Part shown: positions 1-11,044 of the stretch, in pieces
How the letters are laid out: every line of letters begins with the position of its first letter
Position numbering within the stretch: position 1 is the stretch's first letter
DNA from: an uncultured delta proteobacterium
GTDB lineage: Bacteria > Desulfobacterota > Desulfobaccia > Desulfobaccales > 0-14-0-80-60-11
Direction of reading: 5' to 3'
Assembly (NCBI GenBank): GCA_963796215.1
Contig: CAWCKU010000027.1
Span: forward strand, 1,289 to 65,288
DNA length: 64,000 nt
The notes under the pieces: model-generated
Database searches by the model: none
Told to the model about the DNA's origin: nothing
Seen by the model: only the letters and a program-made list of their open reading frames with translations
Position numbers and translations under genes: made by a program

Positions 1-1162
1 GCTTCGAGGCGGCGAGCGTGAGCTTGTTGCCGCCGGCGAAGGCGTACCACGAGAGCTTGAAGGCTCCCGTCGTGGTCACGAGCCCCGAGTAGACGCCCCC
101 GTTGTCGGGCGGAGGATCGGCAGGCCCGGCGTCGTGGTACGGAAACCAGATGAGCGCCTTGATCTGCGGGAACCGCGCCGCGTACCTGTACGCCCTTGGC
201 AGGTACAGGGCCTGGGTGACCTGGTTCACGCAGATTCCCATGGCGATCCTGTACCGGGTGTAGTAACCGTACTCGGTAATGTAGAACGGCTTGCCCGGGA
301 AGATCTTGAGCAGCGTGGAGATGTTGCCCAGCGAGACGGTGTGTGAGGGGCTGCGGTGGCATGGCCTCGGGCGCGATGTTGCTCGTGCCTCCGACCGTGT
401 AGGGATGGTGCGAATAGGCGTCGAAGACCGACGAGCTGACCATGGTCTTGAGCAGCCTGGCAAAACGCTGCGGGCTCGTCCCCAGGCTATTGTTGGTGCC
501 CGACGGCGCCGTCGAGCCGGCGATGACCAGAGCATTCGGGTTGCCGGCGCGTACGCCCTTTGAGAAGGCCGTCAGCATGGCCGCGTAGCGACGCACGGCG
601 AACGCGGCGTCCGACGACGTACGCTGAGGGTACATCGAAAACCAGGGCGTTGGGCTCGTTCCGGCACTCGTAGCCCAGCACGTCGTTGCCGAACGTGCTC
701 GCCAGTTTGGTCGCCAGCTTCTGGAAGTCGACGAGGTGACCCGGCCCCGGTGGGTAGAAGGCGCGGTAGACGCCCGGCTTGTAGCTCGTCGGGGCGTACC
801 GCCACAGGGTCTGGTCGGACGCCCAGAGCGGTGTGTCGCCGAGGGTGACGATGACCTTCAGTCCATCGCCCGCGGCTGTGTGGATGGTCTGTGGCGAGCC
901 GGTCCAGGTAGGTCTGGGTCCGGTACCGGTCTTGCCGCGGCTCGAGCTTGCTCCATCGCAGGTCGACCCGGAGCAGCTGCGCATGCAGCTTCGTGGCCAG
1001 GAACCCGACCATCGCGGTCGGCTGCGTGGCTCCCTTGTTGAACACTCGCGCATCTTCAGTCCCCTTGAGGATGGTCCGGGCCTGCGCCGACGCGGCCGTT
1101 CCCAGCAAGGCAGCGGAGAGGCAAAGGAAGGCGAGTGCGAACGTGAGCTTCTTGCGCGGCAT
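1..1162 (-). CDS. secreted clan GH-A glycoside hydrolase (GH5/GH39-like); 3' end cut by window edge; frame broken at least 3 times
   Basis: ATG at 1162 followed by signal peptide MPRKKLTFALAFLCLSAALLGTAASAQA. Acid/base motif GYECRNEPN and nucleophile motif FYITEYG appear only after joining three minus-strand frames (ORFs 572..1477, 487..1905 and an untracked frame over 1..600). Confidence 0.6.
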
Positions 1163-1530
1163 GGTACCCCCCCAACTCGACAGGGCGAGTATACGGCGAC
1201 CTTCACGGCACGAGACCCGCAAAGCGTTGCCAGATTTGGCGGCGCGGCTGCTACCTGAACAGGACCTGAATGAGCGTTTGACGCAACGCGCGCCCGTGCC
1301 CGAGGGTCGTGGGTCAGCACTGCCACGTCCACCGAGCGGTCTGGGGGCGCATGGACACCAACGCCGCACTTCAGCGCGACTACGACGAGCACGCCGAGGC
1401 TCGACACGGCGCTCTCCTGAGCATCCCGAATCGAGCAGCCGAGCAGGAAGCCGTCGCGACCCCGACGTCGTCCGCATCGCACCGCGACCCTGCGCCGGCC
1501 GGCCGGACCAGACCGTCGGTCGTCATCACC

Positions 1531-2540
1531 ATGCGAGGCCAGCGCGCCGCGGATCACTGGCTGGTCGACGGGCTGCGTGAACGAGGTTTCCGTGTCGTGG
1601 CCGTCGACTCGCGCTCGTCGGTGTCGCCCAAGGCAGCGGCGCGTTGTCGTGTCGTCGAGAAGGCGGCGAGCCTCTGGCTCAGCTGGAAGGGCGCCCGGCT
1701 CGCTGCCACCACCGGCGCCGTCTTTGTCGCCCACAACTACATGGCGGCTATGCTGGGCGTCTTCGTTCCGGCTCCGCGAGGGTACCGGCGCGCACCGGTC
1801 GTCGGTCTCAACATGATCCTGATGCACGATGGCTCGGGCCTTCTGCCCAGGCGTCGCGCTGCATCGCCTCGCGCTGCGCAAGCCCGGAACCATCGTGACG
1901 GTCAACTCCCAGCAGCTCGCCGACAGGTACGCGGCCCTGCTGGGCGTCTCGCGTCACCGTTTTGCCGTGCTGCGTGACTGCTGGCCTGCGGGTGCGGCGT
2001 TCCAGCCACCGACGGCGCAGGGCGATTTTGTCTTCGTGGGGGGCAAGCGCCGCGACTGGTCCACGGTCATGGGCGCCGCCAGAGCCTGCCCCGACGTTCC
2101 TTTCGAGATCATTGCGCGAGGCACCGACTGGCCGCGCGGGCTCACGCCTCCGCGAAACGCTCACGTCCGCTTCGACACGCCGGTGACCGACTTCTTCAAG
2201 GCGCTGCGCGAGAGCCGGTTCGCCCTCGTGCCGTCGCTGCCGGGCGGCAACCTCGCCCTCATCGTCGTCATTCGCGGCGTCATGGCGGGCAAGCCCGTCG
2301 ATCGCCACGCGGACGCCCGAGATCGAGCCGTACTACCCGCCCGAGTGCGGCCATCTGCTGGTGCCGCTGTCGGACAGCCGCAGCATCGTCGACGCCGTCA
2401 ACCGTCTGTGGCACGACGAACACGAGATCCTCACCGCGGCTCAGACCCTGCAGTCGCACATTCGCGCGGAATTCTCGCCAGAAAGCTACCTGACCGAGTT
2501 GATCGGCGTCATCGAAGAAGCTCGCGGCGAGCGGCGCTGA
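1531..2540 (+). CDS. GT4-like glycosyltransferase (GT-B fold), frame broken about twice
   Basis: Joined ORFs 1309..1977 and 1829..3136 plus a third frame ending at TGA 2538-2540. Motifs: RERGFRVVAVDSRS, FVFVGGKRRDW, FALVPSLPGG, IATRTPEIEPYYPPECGHLLVP. Start codon uncertain. Confidence 0.5.
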
Positions 2541-2591
2541 GAAGCTCTCGCCGGTCGGCGGTGCGGCGCTGGTCGGCTCGAGCGGCCGGGC

Positions 2592-3396
2592 TCACACGCG
2601 CACGTCGCGCCGCTCGAAGAGCACGAGCGTCGCCACGAGCAGCGCCGCCGAAGTGGCGAGGAGCACCGCGAGACCGAGGGGTCGAGCCCCTCGCCGAGCG
2701 GGGACGATCCGCCCGAGTAGTGGAAGAACGAGAGGTAGCGGAGCGGGCGGAACGTCCCGTTCATCGCCGCCAGCGTGTTGACCAGGTACATTGCGACGCC
2801 CACGCCGGCGCCGGCCGCGACGCCGACCTGCCGCCGCCCGTCGCGCCGCCGACGGCGAACGTCACGCTGCCCACGGCGAGGCCCAGCAGCGTGAGGCGCA
2901 GCAGCGCCTCCGCGAGCTGTCCGGCGCCGACCGGCGTGCCAGCGATCCGTGGCGCAATGATGAGCGAGAGACAGAAGGCGGCTCCGAGGAGCGCCGACGG
3001 CGATCAGCATGGCCGCGTACTTCTGCAGCACCAGGCGCCGCCGCCCAACGGTGTGGGCCAGCAGCAGGCTGAGCGTGCCGTCTCTCTTCCTCGCCGGCCA
3101 GCGAGCGGGCGGCGATGGAGACGGCAAAGGCGATGAGCACGATCGGCGCCAGCCAGGAGAGCAGCTCCACGTTCACGTAGCCGACCGGCGTGGAGAAGTC
3201 GCCGCCGGGGCCCAGGAAGGCGGCGCGCACGGCGGTCGGCAGGCTGTCGATGTACCCTGCAGTGACTTCGCGCTGTGCCTGATGCTCGGATAGATGGAGA
3301 TGCAGCAGGGCCACGTAGAAGGCCACGCCGAGCACCCACATGAACGAGCGGCCGCGCCTGGTCGCGCAGGCTCTTGGAGAAGACGTTACTCAGCAT
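2592..3396 (-). CDS. ABC-2 type transporter permease, frame broken
   Basis: ATG 3396 preceded by AAGGAGG. MLSNVFSKSLRDQARP, WVLGVAFYVALL, LSWLAPIVLIAFAVSIAARSLAGEE, ends LLVATLVLFERRDVRV then TGA (2592-2594). The start overlaps the ATPase stop. Confidence 0.55.
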
Positions 3397-4340
3397 CGTC
3401 GCCTCCTTGTGCATCGGCCTCGCCGACACCGCCTCGGCCGGCGTAGAAGGTCATGAACACGTCCTCGAGGTCCGGCAGCCGGCTGGTGAGGTCGAGCACG
3501 GGGAACTCGCCCAGCTTCTTCACGGCGGCGTCGAGCGAGCCGGTGACCGTCAGTCGCAGAACATTGGCGCCCTTGCCGTTCACGGCCACGTTGGTGACCC
3601 CGGGGACAGCCTCGAACGCGGAGGGCGGGACGGGCTGGGCGAACACGACCTCGATCTCACGGACGGCGCGGCCGGTGAGGTCGGAAACGTCCTCGAGCGC
3701 GATCAGCGCCCCTCGCGGATGAAGGCGACGCGGTCGCAGACGCGCTGCACCTCGGGGAGCACGTGCGACGACAGGAAGACCGTCTGCCCGGCGTCGCGCG
3801 CCCCGTCGACGAGCGCGTAGAACTCGTGCTGCACGAGCGGGTCGAGGCCCGAGGTGGGCTCATCGAGGATGAGCAGCTCGGGCCGGTGCATGAAGGCCTG
3901 GACGAGGCCGAGCTTGCGCTTGTTGCCGGTCGAGAGGTCGGCCACCTTTCTGCCCAGGTCGCAGTCGAGGCGGTCGCAGAGCTCGGTCACGCGGTCCCAG
4001 TCGGCGCCGCCGCGCAGGTTGGCGAGGTAGCGCAGCGTCTCGCGCCCGGTGAGGTTGGGGTACAGGCTGAGCTCACCGGGCAGGTAGCCGCTGCGCGCCT
4101 GGATGGCGAGCGTGTCGCGGTGGCTGTCGCGGCCGAGGACCAGCGCGCGACCGGCCGTGGGCCTGATGAGGTCGAGCAGCAGACGGATCGTGGTCGTCTT
4201 GCCGGCCCCGTTGGGGCCCAGGAAGCCGAACACCTCGCCCGTCCGCACCTCGAGGTCGAGTCGACGATCCCGCGGCTCTTGCCGTAGGTCTTGGTCAGCT
4301 GCTCGGTCTGTGAGCGCAGGATCGCCCGGCCGCCGCTCAT
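3386..4340 (-). CDS. ABC transporter ATP-binding protein (DrrA-like), frame broken
   Basis: Walker A GPNGAGKTT, signature LSTGNKRKL, Walker B LLILDEPTSGLD, H-loop SSH. N-terminus MSGGRAILRSQTEQLTKTYG lies in another frame. ATGA overlap with the TetR stop. Confidence 0.75.
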
Positions 4341-5016
4341 GCGAACCATCTGCGAGCGCCTCCCTGTCGACGAGGACGAGGGAGCCGGCGGGCACGCCCA
4401 GGACGCGCTCCATGGCCTCGAGGTAGCGTCTGAGCGTTCTTCCACGGCGGCCAGCGTGACGCCGCCCGTCTCCCGGGCCAGGAAGAGACGCACGGCGGTG
4501 TCGTTGAGCCCGTGGATCAGCGCGACGATGACCCGGGCGGCGTCGTCTGGGGAGCTGGCCGTGAAGACGCCCTCGTCCTTGCCCTGGCGGATGATGGTGG
4601 CCAGCGGCGGCGCCAGGCTGGTCATCAGGCCCTGCCAGATCTTGTCGCGCATGATCGTGTTCTCGTCTGAGATCCAGACCCGCGTGAGTGCCAGCATCAG
4701 CTCGGTGCGCTCCAGCTTCCATTGTGCGATGCCGCCGAAGAACGCCTCGAATTGGTCAGGGCGGCCAGTCCGGGTCGTCGATCAGCGGCGCCACCGAAGC
4801 GAGCGCCGCATCCACGATGCGATCGACCACCGCCTCGAGCAGGGCCGTCTTGGAATCGAAGTAGTGGTAGAAGGCGCCGCGCGAGGCACCCAGCTCGTCG
4901 AGGACGTCCTGGATGCTCATCTGGTCGTAGCCCTTCGCCTGAATCAGCCGCTGGGCGGCGTCGACAAACGCCTCGCGCCGAATGGCGTGAGCCTCGGTGT
5001 TGAGCGTGCGTGCCAT
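4337..5016 (-). CDS. TetR/AcrR family transcriptional regulator, frame broken
   Basis: N-terminal HTH MARTLNTEAHAIRREAFVDAAQRLIQAKGYDQMSIQDVLDELGASRGAFYHYFDSK. The C-terminal ligand domain is recovered from ORFs 3987..4697 and 3703..4722. Confidence 0.7.
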
Positions 5017-5041
5017 TTCCCGGCCCTCTCCCCAATAATAG

Positions 5042-5054
5042 ACCGACTGTCGGT
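5042..5054. promoter_or_regulatory. candidate TetR operator, perfect 6-1-6 palindrome ACCGAC-T-GTCGGT
   Basis: Palindrome lies 26 nt upstream of the TetR ATG, next to a TATAAA/TATATT -10-like box on the minus strand. Confidence 0.4.
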
Positions 5055-5149
5055 TTTATAATATACCCTCGGCCGGGCAGAAGCAACGGGAAACCGCCGA
5101 CGTCAACGGGCGCAGGCTCGGTGACCGGCACTCGTAGCCTGCCCGTTGG

Positions 5150-5609
5150 TCAGGCGAGACTCGAGCTGAGGTGTCCGTCCAGCCACGTGGCGAGGTCCCC
5201 GAACACGACCGTCCTCCCGACTTCGTTGAAGATCTCGTGGTAGTAGCCTGCGTAGCAGCGCTTCACTTTGTCGACGAAGAAAGTATTCCCAGGAAACCTC
5301 CATTCCTGGCGGCAGCAAGGCCTGGGTCTCGCGGCGGAGTTCCACGAGCTTACGCACGTCCAACAAGCGCTTGGCCAGGGCGATCTTCTGGAGACAGTCA
5401 CGGTCGCGGTCAGCCGGGGACATCTGGGGCTTATAATCCAAGGCGACCCGGCGCAGAATCTTGGCGCTGCGAGGAGCCAAAGACGCTTCCAGAATCTGAG
5501 GCTGAGGCGGGGAAGGGGCGGCGGCCGCGGGCGCCGGGACGGCCCCAGCCAGGCATAAACCCAGGAACAGGGCCGGAACCAGGCTCCAGCCAGGAATCTT
5601 TGCGGACAT
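5150..5609 (-). CDS. hypothetical secreted protein, one frame break
   Basis: Signal peptide MSAKIPGWSLVPALFLGLCLAGAVPAPAAAA. Joined ORFs 5103..5609 and 5150..5401; C-terminus NTFFVDKVKRCYAGYYHEIFNEVGRTVVFGDLATWLDGH. No family recognised. Confidence 0.4.
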
Positions 5610-5707
5610 GCTTCATTCTATTGGAAGTGGCCGGTCCAGTCAATGCGGGGTTACTGAAACGGTAGGGGAGGGGATAGGGCAGTGCAGAAACAGCCTGATA
5701 GAGAAAA

Positions 5708-6064
5708 TCAGGGGACTAATCGCAGTTGTTGGGCAACCTCATGGAGCTTTTTGTCAAGGGTCCAGAGGGGAACCCCGGTCAACCTGGCCGCAGCCAGCAA
5801 GTGCATATCAATGTAGCCCAAACCTTTTCCCATAAGGCGATAATTTTCGATAAACTGCATTACTTCTTCATGTTCAGGCCGGATTGCCCCGGGAAGCGTC
5901 TCAAGAAGAGAAATAATCTCATTCCGATTCCGGAGGTTACCACAGGCAAGTTCGCCCACGATGAAGGGATGGCACGCCACCCGGCCTTCGTGCAGCAGGG
6001 TTTCCAATCCAATAGCCCCCTGCCGCAGATGAGCCACCCAAACCGAGGTATCAACCAGGACCAT
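5708..6064 (-). CDS. vapC: PIN-domain ribonuclease toxin VapC
   Basis: MVLVDTSVWVAHLR...HPFIVGELACG...IDMHLLAAARL, with the typical PIN acidic residues. ATG lies 2 nt after the vapB stop. Confidence 0.8.
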   Translation of the reverse strand: MVLVDTSVWVAHLRQGAIGLETLLHEGRVACHPFIVGELACGNLRNRNEIISLLETLPGAIRPEHEEVMQFIENYRLMGKGLGYIDMHLLAAARLTGVPLWTLDKKLHEVAQQLRLVP

Positions 6065-6065
6065 G

Positions 6066-6263
6066 TTATGATTCTTCAATGCTTCGGCGGGGAATCATCT
6101 CCAGGTTCGGTTCGCTTCCCCCCAAAACCGCGAGCCTCTTGGCGCTTTCCCTGGCTACTAAGGCTTCCAGACCGAGCCTGACCAAAGAGGTCTTTTCCTT
6201 GATACCGGTCAATTTCGCCGCCTTGGCCAGCAATTCGTCTTCGATGTTCAGGGTTGTTCTCAT
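6066..6263 (-). CDS. vapB: type II antitoxin VapB (MRTTLNIxDELL type)
   Basis: MRTTLNIEDELLAKAAKLTGIKEKTSLVRLGLEALVARES. Small ORF immediately upstream of vapC. Confidence 0.75.
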   Translation of the reverse strand: MRTTLNIEDELLAKAAKLTGIKEKTSLVRLGLEALVARESAKRLAVLGGSEPNLEMIPRRSIEES

Positions 6264-6390
6264 GCCATCGCCCTCTAAAATATGTATAATTATATGTATC
6301 ATTATGTATAATTGGTATGATCTGTCAAGCGCAATTTGCTATAAATGGCGGTCCAAACTTTCGTCGAGCAGGGGTTAGGGTCGGTAAATG

Positions 6391-6424
6391 CGAAAAAGAG
6401 AGGCGGGCCTCCGGGCCCGCCTCT
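6391..6424 (-). terminator. rho-independent terminator after rlmI
   Basis: Stem AGAGGCGGGCC / GGCCCGCCTCT with a 4-nt loop, followed on the minus strand by CTTTTTCG. Confidence 0.6.
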
Positions 6425-6465
6425 ATTTGGGCGGCCAGGGACGGCCCCCACCTATAAGTTAAAAT

Positions 6466-7657
6466 TCAATCGGCCATCAGGATAAAGCACTTCAGATACA
6501 GGCTCTCCGGCAGGGAGAGCAGGGCAGGGTGGTCTTTGGCGGCGCCCCGGCGCTCGATGAGCTTGGCCTGCCGATGGGCCTCGGCCGCCGCCTCCCGGAC
6601 GATCCCCAGGAAATCCGGCTCGCTCAGGTTGTAAGAGCAGGAGCAGGTGATCAAGACCCCGCCGGGGTTGAGAAGCTGGAAGGCCCGGCGGTTGATTTCC
6701 CGGTAGCCCTTGACGGCCGCGGCGTGCTCCCCCCGGCTCTTGGCAAAGGCCGGCGGGTCCAGGACAATGCAATCGAAGCGCATCCCCGCGGCCACCGCAT
6801 TTTTCAGGTAGGCGAAGACATTTTCCTTAACCGGCTCGAGGTTGTCCAAACCGTTGAGGGCGGCGTTTTCCCGGGCCATCTCCAGGGCCGCGACGGAACT
6901 CTCCACCAGGGTGACGTGCTCGGCTAGGGGGGCCAGGTGCATGGCAAAGGCCCCCTGGTAGGAAAAGGCATCCAGCACCCGGCCCCGGGCGTAGCGGGCG
7001 GCGGCGGCCCGGTTTTCCCGCTGGTCCAGGAACAGCCCGGTCTTCTGCCCAGCCCCGGATATCCACCCAGAGGCGCACCCCGCCTTCCTGGACCGCCACC
7101 CGGGAGGGCAGTTCCCCGGTCACCGTTTTGACTTCCAGGGGCAGTTCCTCCAGCCGGCGGACTTCAGCATCGTGGCGCAGGGTAATGGACTGCGGATGCA
7201 GGTGGTGCTCCAGCAAATCGATGATTTCCGGCAAGCGCCGCGCCAGGCCCGGGTGATTGGCCTGCAGGACCAGATGGCCGGCGTAGGAGTCCGCCACCAG
7301 GGCCGGAAAGCCATCGGCCTCGGCGTAAATAAGCCGAAAGGCGTCGCTGTCCTGGACCACTCGCTGACGGTATTCCATGACCCGATTAAGGCGCCGCTCC
7401 CAAAAATCGCGGTCCACCGATTCCTCGCCTTCAGTGACGAACCTCAGGGCAATGCGGGAGGCGGCGCTGTAAAAGGCCTGACCCAGAAAACGGTCTCCAG
7501 GACCCAACACCGCGGCCAGTTCACCCGGCGGCAGCTTGACCTCGCCGACCAGGTCGTCCCGGTATAGCCAGGGGTGGCCGGTGCGCTGCCAGCGCATCCC
7601 TTTGCCGGTTATCCGCACCACCGGCAATTCTGATTTGCCTGTTGACCAATAATCCAT
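6466..7657 (-). CDS. rlmI: 23S rRNA (cytosine-C5) methyltransferase RlmI-like, class I SAM-dependent MTase, one frame break near 7050
   Basis: PUA-like N-terminus (RTGHPWLYRDDL), FRLIYAEADGFPALVADSY. MTase part VLDAFSYQGAFAMH, FDCIVLDPPAFAKS. Joined ORFs 6827..7657 and 6466..6978. Confidence 0.75.
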
Positions 7658-7793
7658 ACAGTTTCCTATTTTCTGTGTTCGGTAAAATCACCGAACTCGC
7701 AGGTTGGGGTTGGTTGAGGCAAGGCTAAACCATTGCCTGCCGGAAAATCGACGCTCTACGGGCGTTATATGCGGTCGGCCTTCAAAACCCTTG

Positions 7794-8195
7794 TCATTGC
7801 TGGGTTTGCTGACGGTGCCAGCGCTCTTTTTCCTGGAATTCCGCAAATCTCTTCCGAATGAAGCGGCCGGCGAATTCGGGATGGCCCAGGTAGGATGGCG
7901 CCAGGGCGAGCAGCCGAGCCTCGATTTCTTTCAAGGTGGCGGGATATTCGGCGGCGGCGATGAAGATGCGCTCATGTCGTTGAGAGAAAACGATCTCCGG
8001 TCCCAGGGCGCGGCTGATTTCCGCCTCCTGGCTCAAAAGGTCCGGGGGCAGGGTCGCAGCGCCCACGGGAATAGCGAGGCGGGCCTCCAGCACCACCAGC
8101 CAGCGGTCTCCGGCCATCGGCCGGGACAGGTCCCAAAATTCCAGGATTAACCCGTTATGCAGCGGGTGTCGGGAGAATATTTTTTCCGGTGTCAT
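7794..8195 (-). CDS. hypothetical protein
   Basis: 133-aa ORF with backbone-like codon usage. No motif recognised. Confidence 0.4.
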   Translation of the reverse strand: MTPEKIFSRHPLHNGLILEFWDLSRPMAGDRWLVVLEARLAIPVGAATLPPDLLSQEAEISRALGPEIVFSQRHERIFIAAAEYPATLKEIEARLLALAPSYLGHPEFAGRFIRKRFAEFQEKERWHRQQTQQ

Positions 8196-8272
8196 AGTCT
8201 CGATTCCATCTTCGGGTTATAGTATATCTACCTCAAAACGATGTTAAAACCAAGTAACCATAGGGAGGTCAC

Positions 8273-8857
8273 ATGCGCCGTCGGACCTGGTTGATCCTTC
8301 TCACCATCGTGGTTCTGGGCGGCGCTCTGGCCGGTGGGCTCTACTGGCATTGGGCTAATTCACCCCGGTACGCCTTGCAGCGCATGGCCCTGGCCCTCAA
8401 GACTAAAGATATGCCGCAATTCCAAAAGTATTTGGATTTAAAGGCTATTTTTAATAATTTCATCGATTGCGCCGGCCAAGACCTGGATGAACCAAAAGCC
8501 AAAAAAGATCAAAAAGAAGACGATTGGAGCCGGTTACACCGGCAACTGGGAAATAAATTCGCCCGGATGTTCTTACCCAAGCTTTTTGCAAGCTTTGAAA
8601 AAGACATCCGGGGGATGATGGAAAAGTACCTGCTAAATCTGGATAACACTCAAATCCTGGCCATCGCCGCGGCGGCGACGACGGCGCAGATCGAGGTTCA
8701 GGGTGAGGAGGCCGGGGTGACCCTGGTGGATCCCAAAAGCCATGAACCTTTCCACTTTCAGATGAGGCGGCAGCCTGAGACGGGTACCTGGCAAATTGTC
8801 TCGGTAAATTATCAGGATCTTAAAAAATTTTCCAAGCGTGAGTTTCAGGGGCACTAA
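8273..8857 (+). CDS. membrane-anchored hypothetical protein (DUF2939-like)
   Basis: N-terminal TM segment MRRRTWLILLTIVVLGGALAGGLYWHW followed by SPRYALQRMALALKTKDMPQFQKYLD. Confidence 0.5.
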   Translation: MRRRTWLILLTIVVLGGALAGGLYWHWANSPRYALQRMALALKTKDMPQFQKYLDLKAIFNNFIDCAGQDLDEPKAKKDQKEDDWSRLHRQLGNKFARMFLPKLFASFEKDIRGMMEKYLLNLDNTQILAIAAAATTAQIEVQGEEAGVTLVDPKSHEPFHFQMRRQPETGTWQIVSVNYQDLKKFSKREFQGH

Positions 8858-8895
8858 TCATAACGTCTGATAATATATATTATGTAAACTAACAC

Positions 8896-9366
8896 ATGTG
8901 GACCGAAGAAAAATGCCCGAAATGTGGTAATGTCCTCCAACGCCACCGTAATCCGGTGCCCACGGTGGACCTCATCATCGAAATCCCGGATCAGGGCCTG
9001 ATTCTGATTCAACGAGTCAATCCACCGCTGGGCTGGGCCTTGCCCGGAGGTTACGTGGACTACGGCGAATCACTGGAAGATGCGGCCAGGCGGGAGGCCC
9101 GGGAAGAAACGAGTCTGGAAGTTGAGCTTCTGGGGCAATTCCACACTTATTCCGATCCGCGGCGGGATCCCAGACAACACAACATCAGCACCGTGTTTGT
9201 GGCCCAGGCGTCTGGGACACCCCGGGCCGCGGACGACGCCCGGAGCCTGGAGATTTTCCGTCCCGAAGACTTGCCGCAGTTGTTGGCCTTTGACCACGGG
9301 CAGATCCTGGCGGACTACCGCAAGGTCCGGGACCAGTGGCTCTCAAAACTTAATAAGACTTACTAG
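8896..9366 (+). CDS. NUDIX hydrolase with N-terminal CxxC
   Basis: Nudix box [26 protein letters not shown]. Confidence 0.8.
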   Translation: MWTEEKCPKCGNVLQRHRNPVPTVDLIIEIPDQGLILIQRVNPPLGWALPGGYVDYGESLEDAARREAREETSLEVELLGQFHTYSDPRRDPRQHNISTVFVAQASGTPRAADDARSLEIFRPEDLPQLLAFDHGQILADYRKVRDQWLSKLNKTY

Positions 9367-9368
9367 TA

Positions 9369-10700
9369 ATGGTTTATAATCAGGCATTATTACAGGTATA
9401 TCGGGGATTGAGCAACCTGGCCGGTCTGGTGGGCTGGCCCTGGTTTTATTGGCACCTCAAATCCCGGGGCCAGGGCGAAAGCTTTCGGCCCCGCTTGGGT
9501 TTAGAACTTCCGTCCGGGCCGCCGCCGGGGTATCCCCGGATCTGGTTGCATGGGGTCTCCGTGGGGGAAATCCTGGCGGCGGTGCCCCTGGCCCGGGAGC
9601 TCAAAAAACTGTTGCCCCAGGCAGGGCTAATAGTCACCACCGGCACCGAAACCGGCCAGGCCCTGGCCCGCAAGCATTTCGCTCCTCTGGGGGCGCTGGT
9701 TTGTTACTTTCCCCTGGATATTCCCTGGGCGGTGCGGCGTTACCTGGAGCGGCTGCGGCCTCATCTGGCCGTTACCCTGGAATCGGAAATCTGGCCTAAT
9801 TTCTTGGAGTTAGCCCATCAGCGCCGGATCCTGCTGGTCCTGACCAACGCCCGGATCTCGGATCAAAGCTTCAGAAGATATCTGAGATATAGTTGGTATT
9901 CTAATAATATTATTAGTAAATATGATCTGGTTACCGCCGGTACTTCCCAAGATTATCAGCGCCTGCGAGAGTTGGGCCTGGACTCGGAGAGATTACATCT
10001 CACCGGCAACCTGAAATGCGACCGCCGGCTAAAGGCTCGGGATGAGGCCCGGGCCCGGGAATTTCAGCGGCTGCTGCAAGGCGCTGACGCGGCCTCTGTT
10101 GCGGCGGCGCCGGTCTTGCTGGCCGCCTCCACCCATGCGGGGGAGGAAGAGGTGGTGCTGGCCGCCTATGAGCAACTCCGGGGCCCCTACCCTGCTCTAC
10201 TGCTGGTCCTGGCCCCCCGGCATCCCGAGCGCGCCGCGGCCCTGGGCGAATTGCTGACGAGCCGCGGCCTCCCCTATCATTTGTGGAGCGCGCTGAAAGC
10301 GGGCCAGGAGACCCGGCGCCATCCCGTGGTGCTGGTGGACACCATCGGCGACCTCTTCAGCCTCTACGGCGCCGCTGACCTGGCCTTCGTGGGCGGCAGC
10401 CTCATTCCCCACGGCGGCCAGAACCTCCTGGAGCCCGCCGCCTGGGGTTTATCTCCCCTCTATGGGCCGCACCTGGAAAACTTCCGCTGGGCCCAGGCCA
10501 TCCTGGAGGAGGCCGGAGCCGGGATCACGGTTACCGACGCCGCCTCCCTGGCCGCCGCGGCCGCCAACTTGCTTCAGGACCCGGAGCGGCGCCGGGACCT
10601 GGGGGCTAAGGCCCAGGCGGCCTTGACCCCGCACCAGGGCGCGGCCCGCCGCCAGGCGGAGTTGATCGCCGAGCTTTGGCAAAAGCAAGGCGACAGATAA
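9369..10700 (+). CDS. waaA: 3-deoxy-D-manno-octulosonic acid transferase
   Basis: IWLHGVSVGEILAAVPLAREL, YFPLDIPWAVRRYL, ESEIWPNFL, NARISDQSFRRY. KdtA-type architecture, 443 aa. Confidence 0.8.
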   Translation: MVYNQALLQVYRGLSNLAGLVGWPWFYWHLKSRGQGESFRPRLGLELPSGPPPGYPRIWLHGVSVGEILAAVPLARELKKLLPQAGLIVTTGTETGQALARKHFAPLGALVCYFPLDIPWAVRRYLERLRPHLAVTLESEIWPNFLELAHQRRILLVLTNARISDQSFRRYLRYSWYSNNIISKYDLVTAGTSQDYQRLRELGLDSERLHLTGNLKCDRRLKARDEARAREFQRLLQGADAASVAAAPVLLAASTHAGEEEVVLAAYEQLRGPYPALLLVLAPRHPERAAALGELLTSRGLPYHLWSALKAGQETRRHPVVLVDTIGDLFSLYGAADLAFVGGSLIPHGGQNLLEPAAWGLSPLYGPHLENFRWAQAILEEAGAGITVTDAASLAAAAANLLQDPERRRDLGAKAQAALTPHQGAARRQAELIAELWQKQGDR

Positions 10701-11044
10701 TCAGAACAAAGCGAAAAATATATCACGCTAAGACGCGGAAAATAATATTTTGGAACAGTTGCCCCCGCGGTTCTTGGTGGCAAAGGCTGCGAAGCAGGTC
10801 CACCATACCCCCGACAAAACCCTTGCCCACCCCGAAATCGCCCTGCCACGGGCCTTAGATGCGGTTCCTTCTTTGGCGGGCTTCCTTTTTCCTCCGCAGT
10901 TCTATTTCAGTTCGTCAATGTGTCATAGATGTGCGCCTTCTCTTTGGGTCACGGGCCCCTACCCTGCCGGCGAAAATATTAGGCCGCACGCAGCTCCGGA
11001 TATGATATATTTAACAAATAATTCAACGTTTCGAGGTCATTAAT

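Noticed and set aside
487-1905. 472-aa minus ORF as a single gene
   Set aside because: It is a composite. Only its C-terminal part matches the glycoside hydrolase. The rest is read-through of the divergent promoter region and lies antisense to the glycosyltransferase.
10750-11043. 97-aa ORF in the 344-bp waaA-carA spacer
   Set aside because: No RBS, odd composition, and it contains REP-like fragments. The spacer remains unexplained, but I could not support a gene or a known RNA. No PyrR-type UCCAGAGAGG site is seen.
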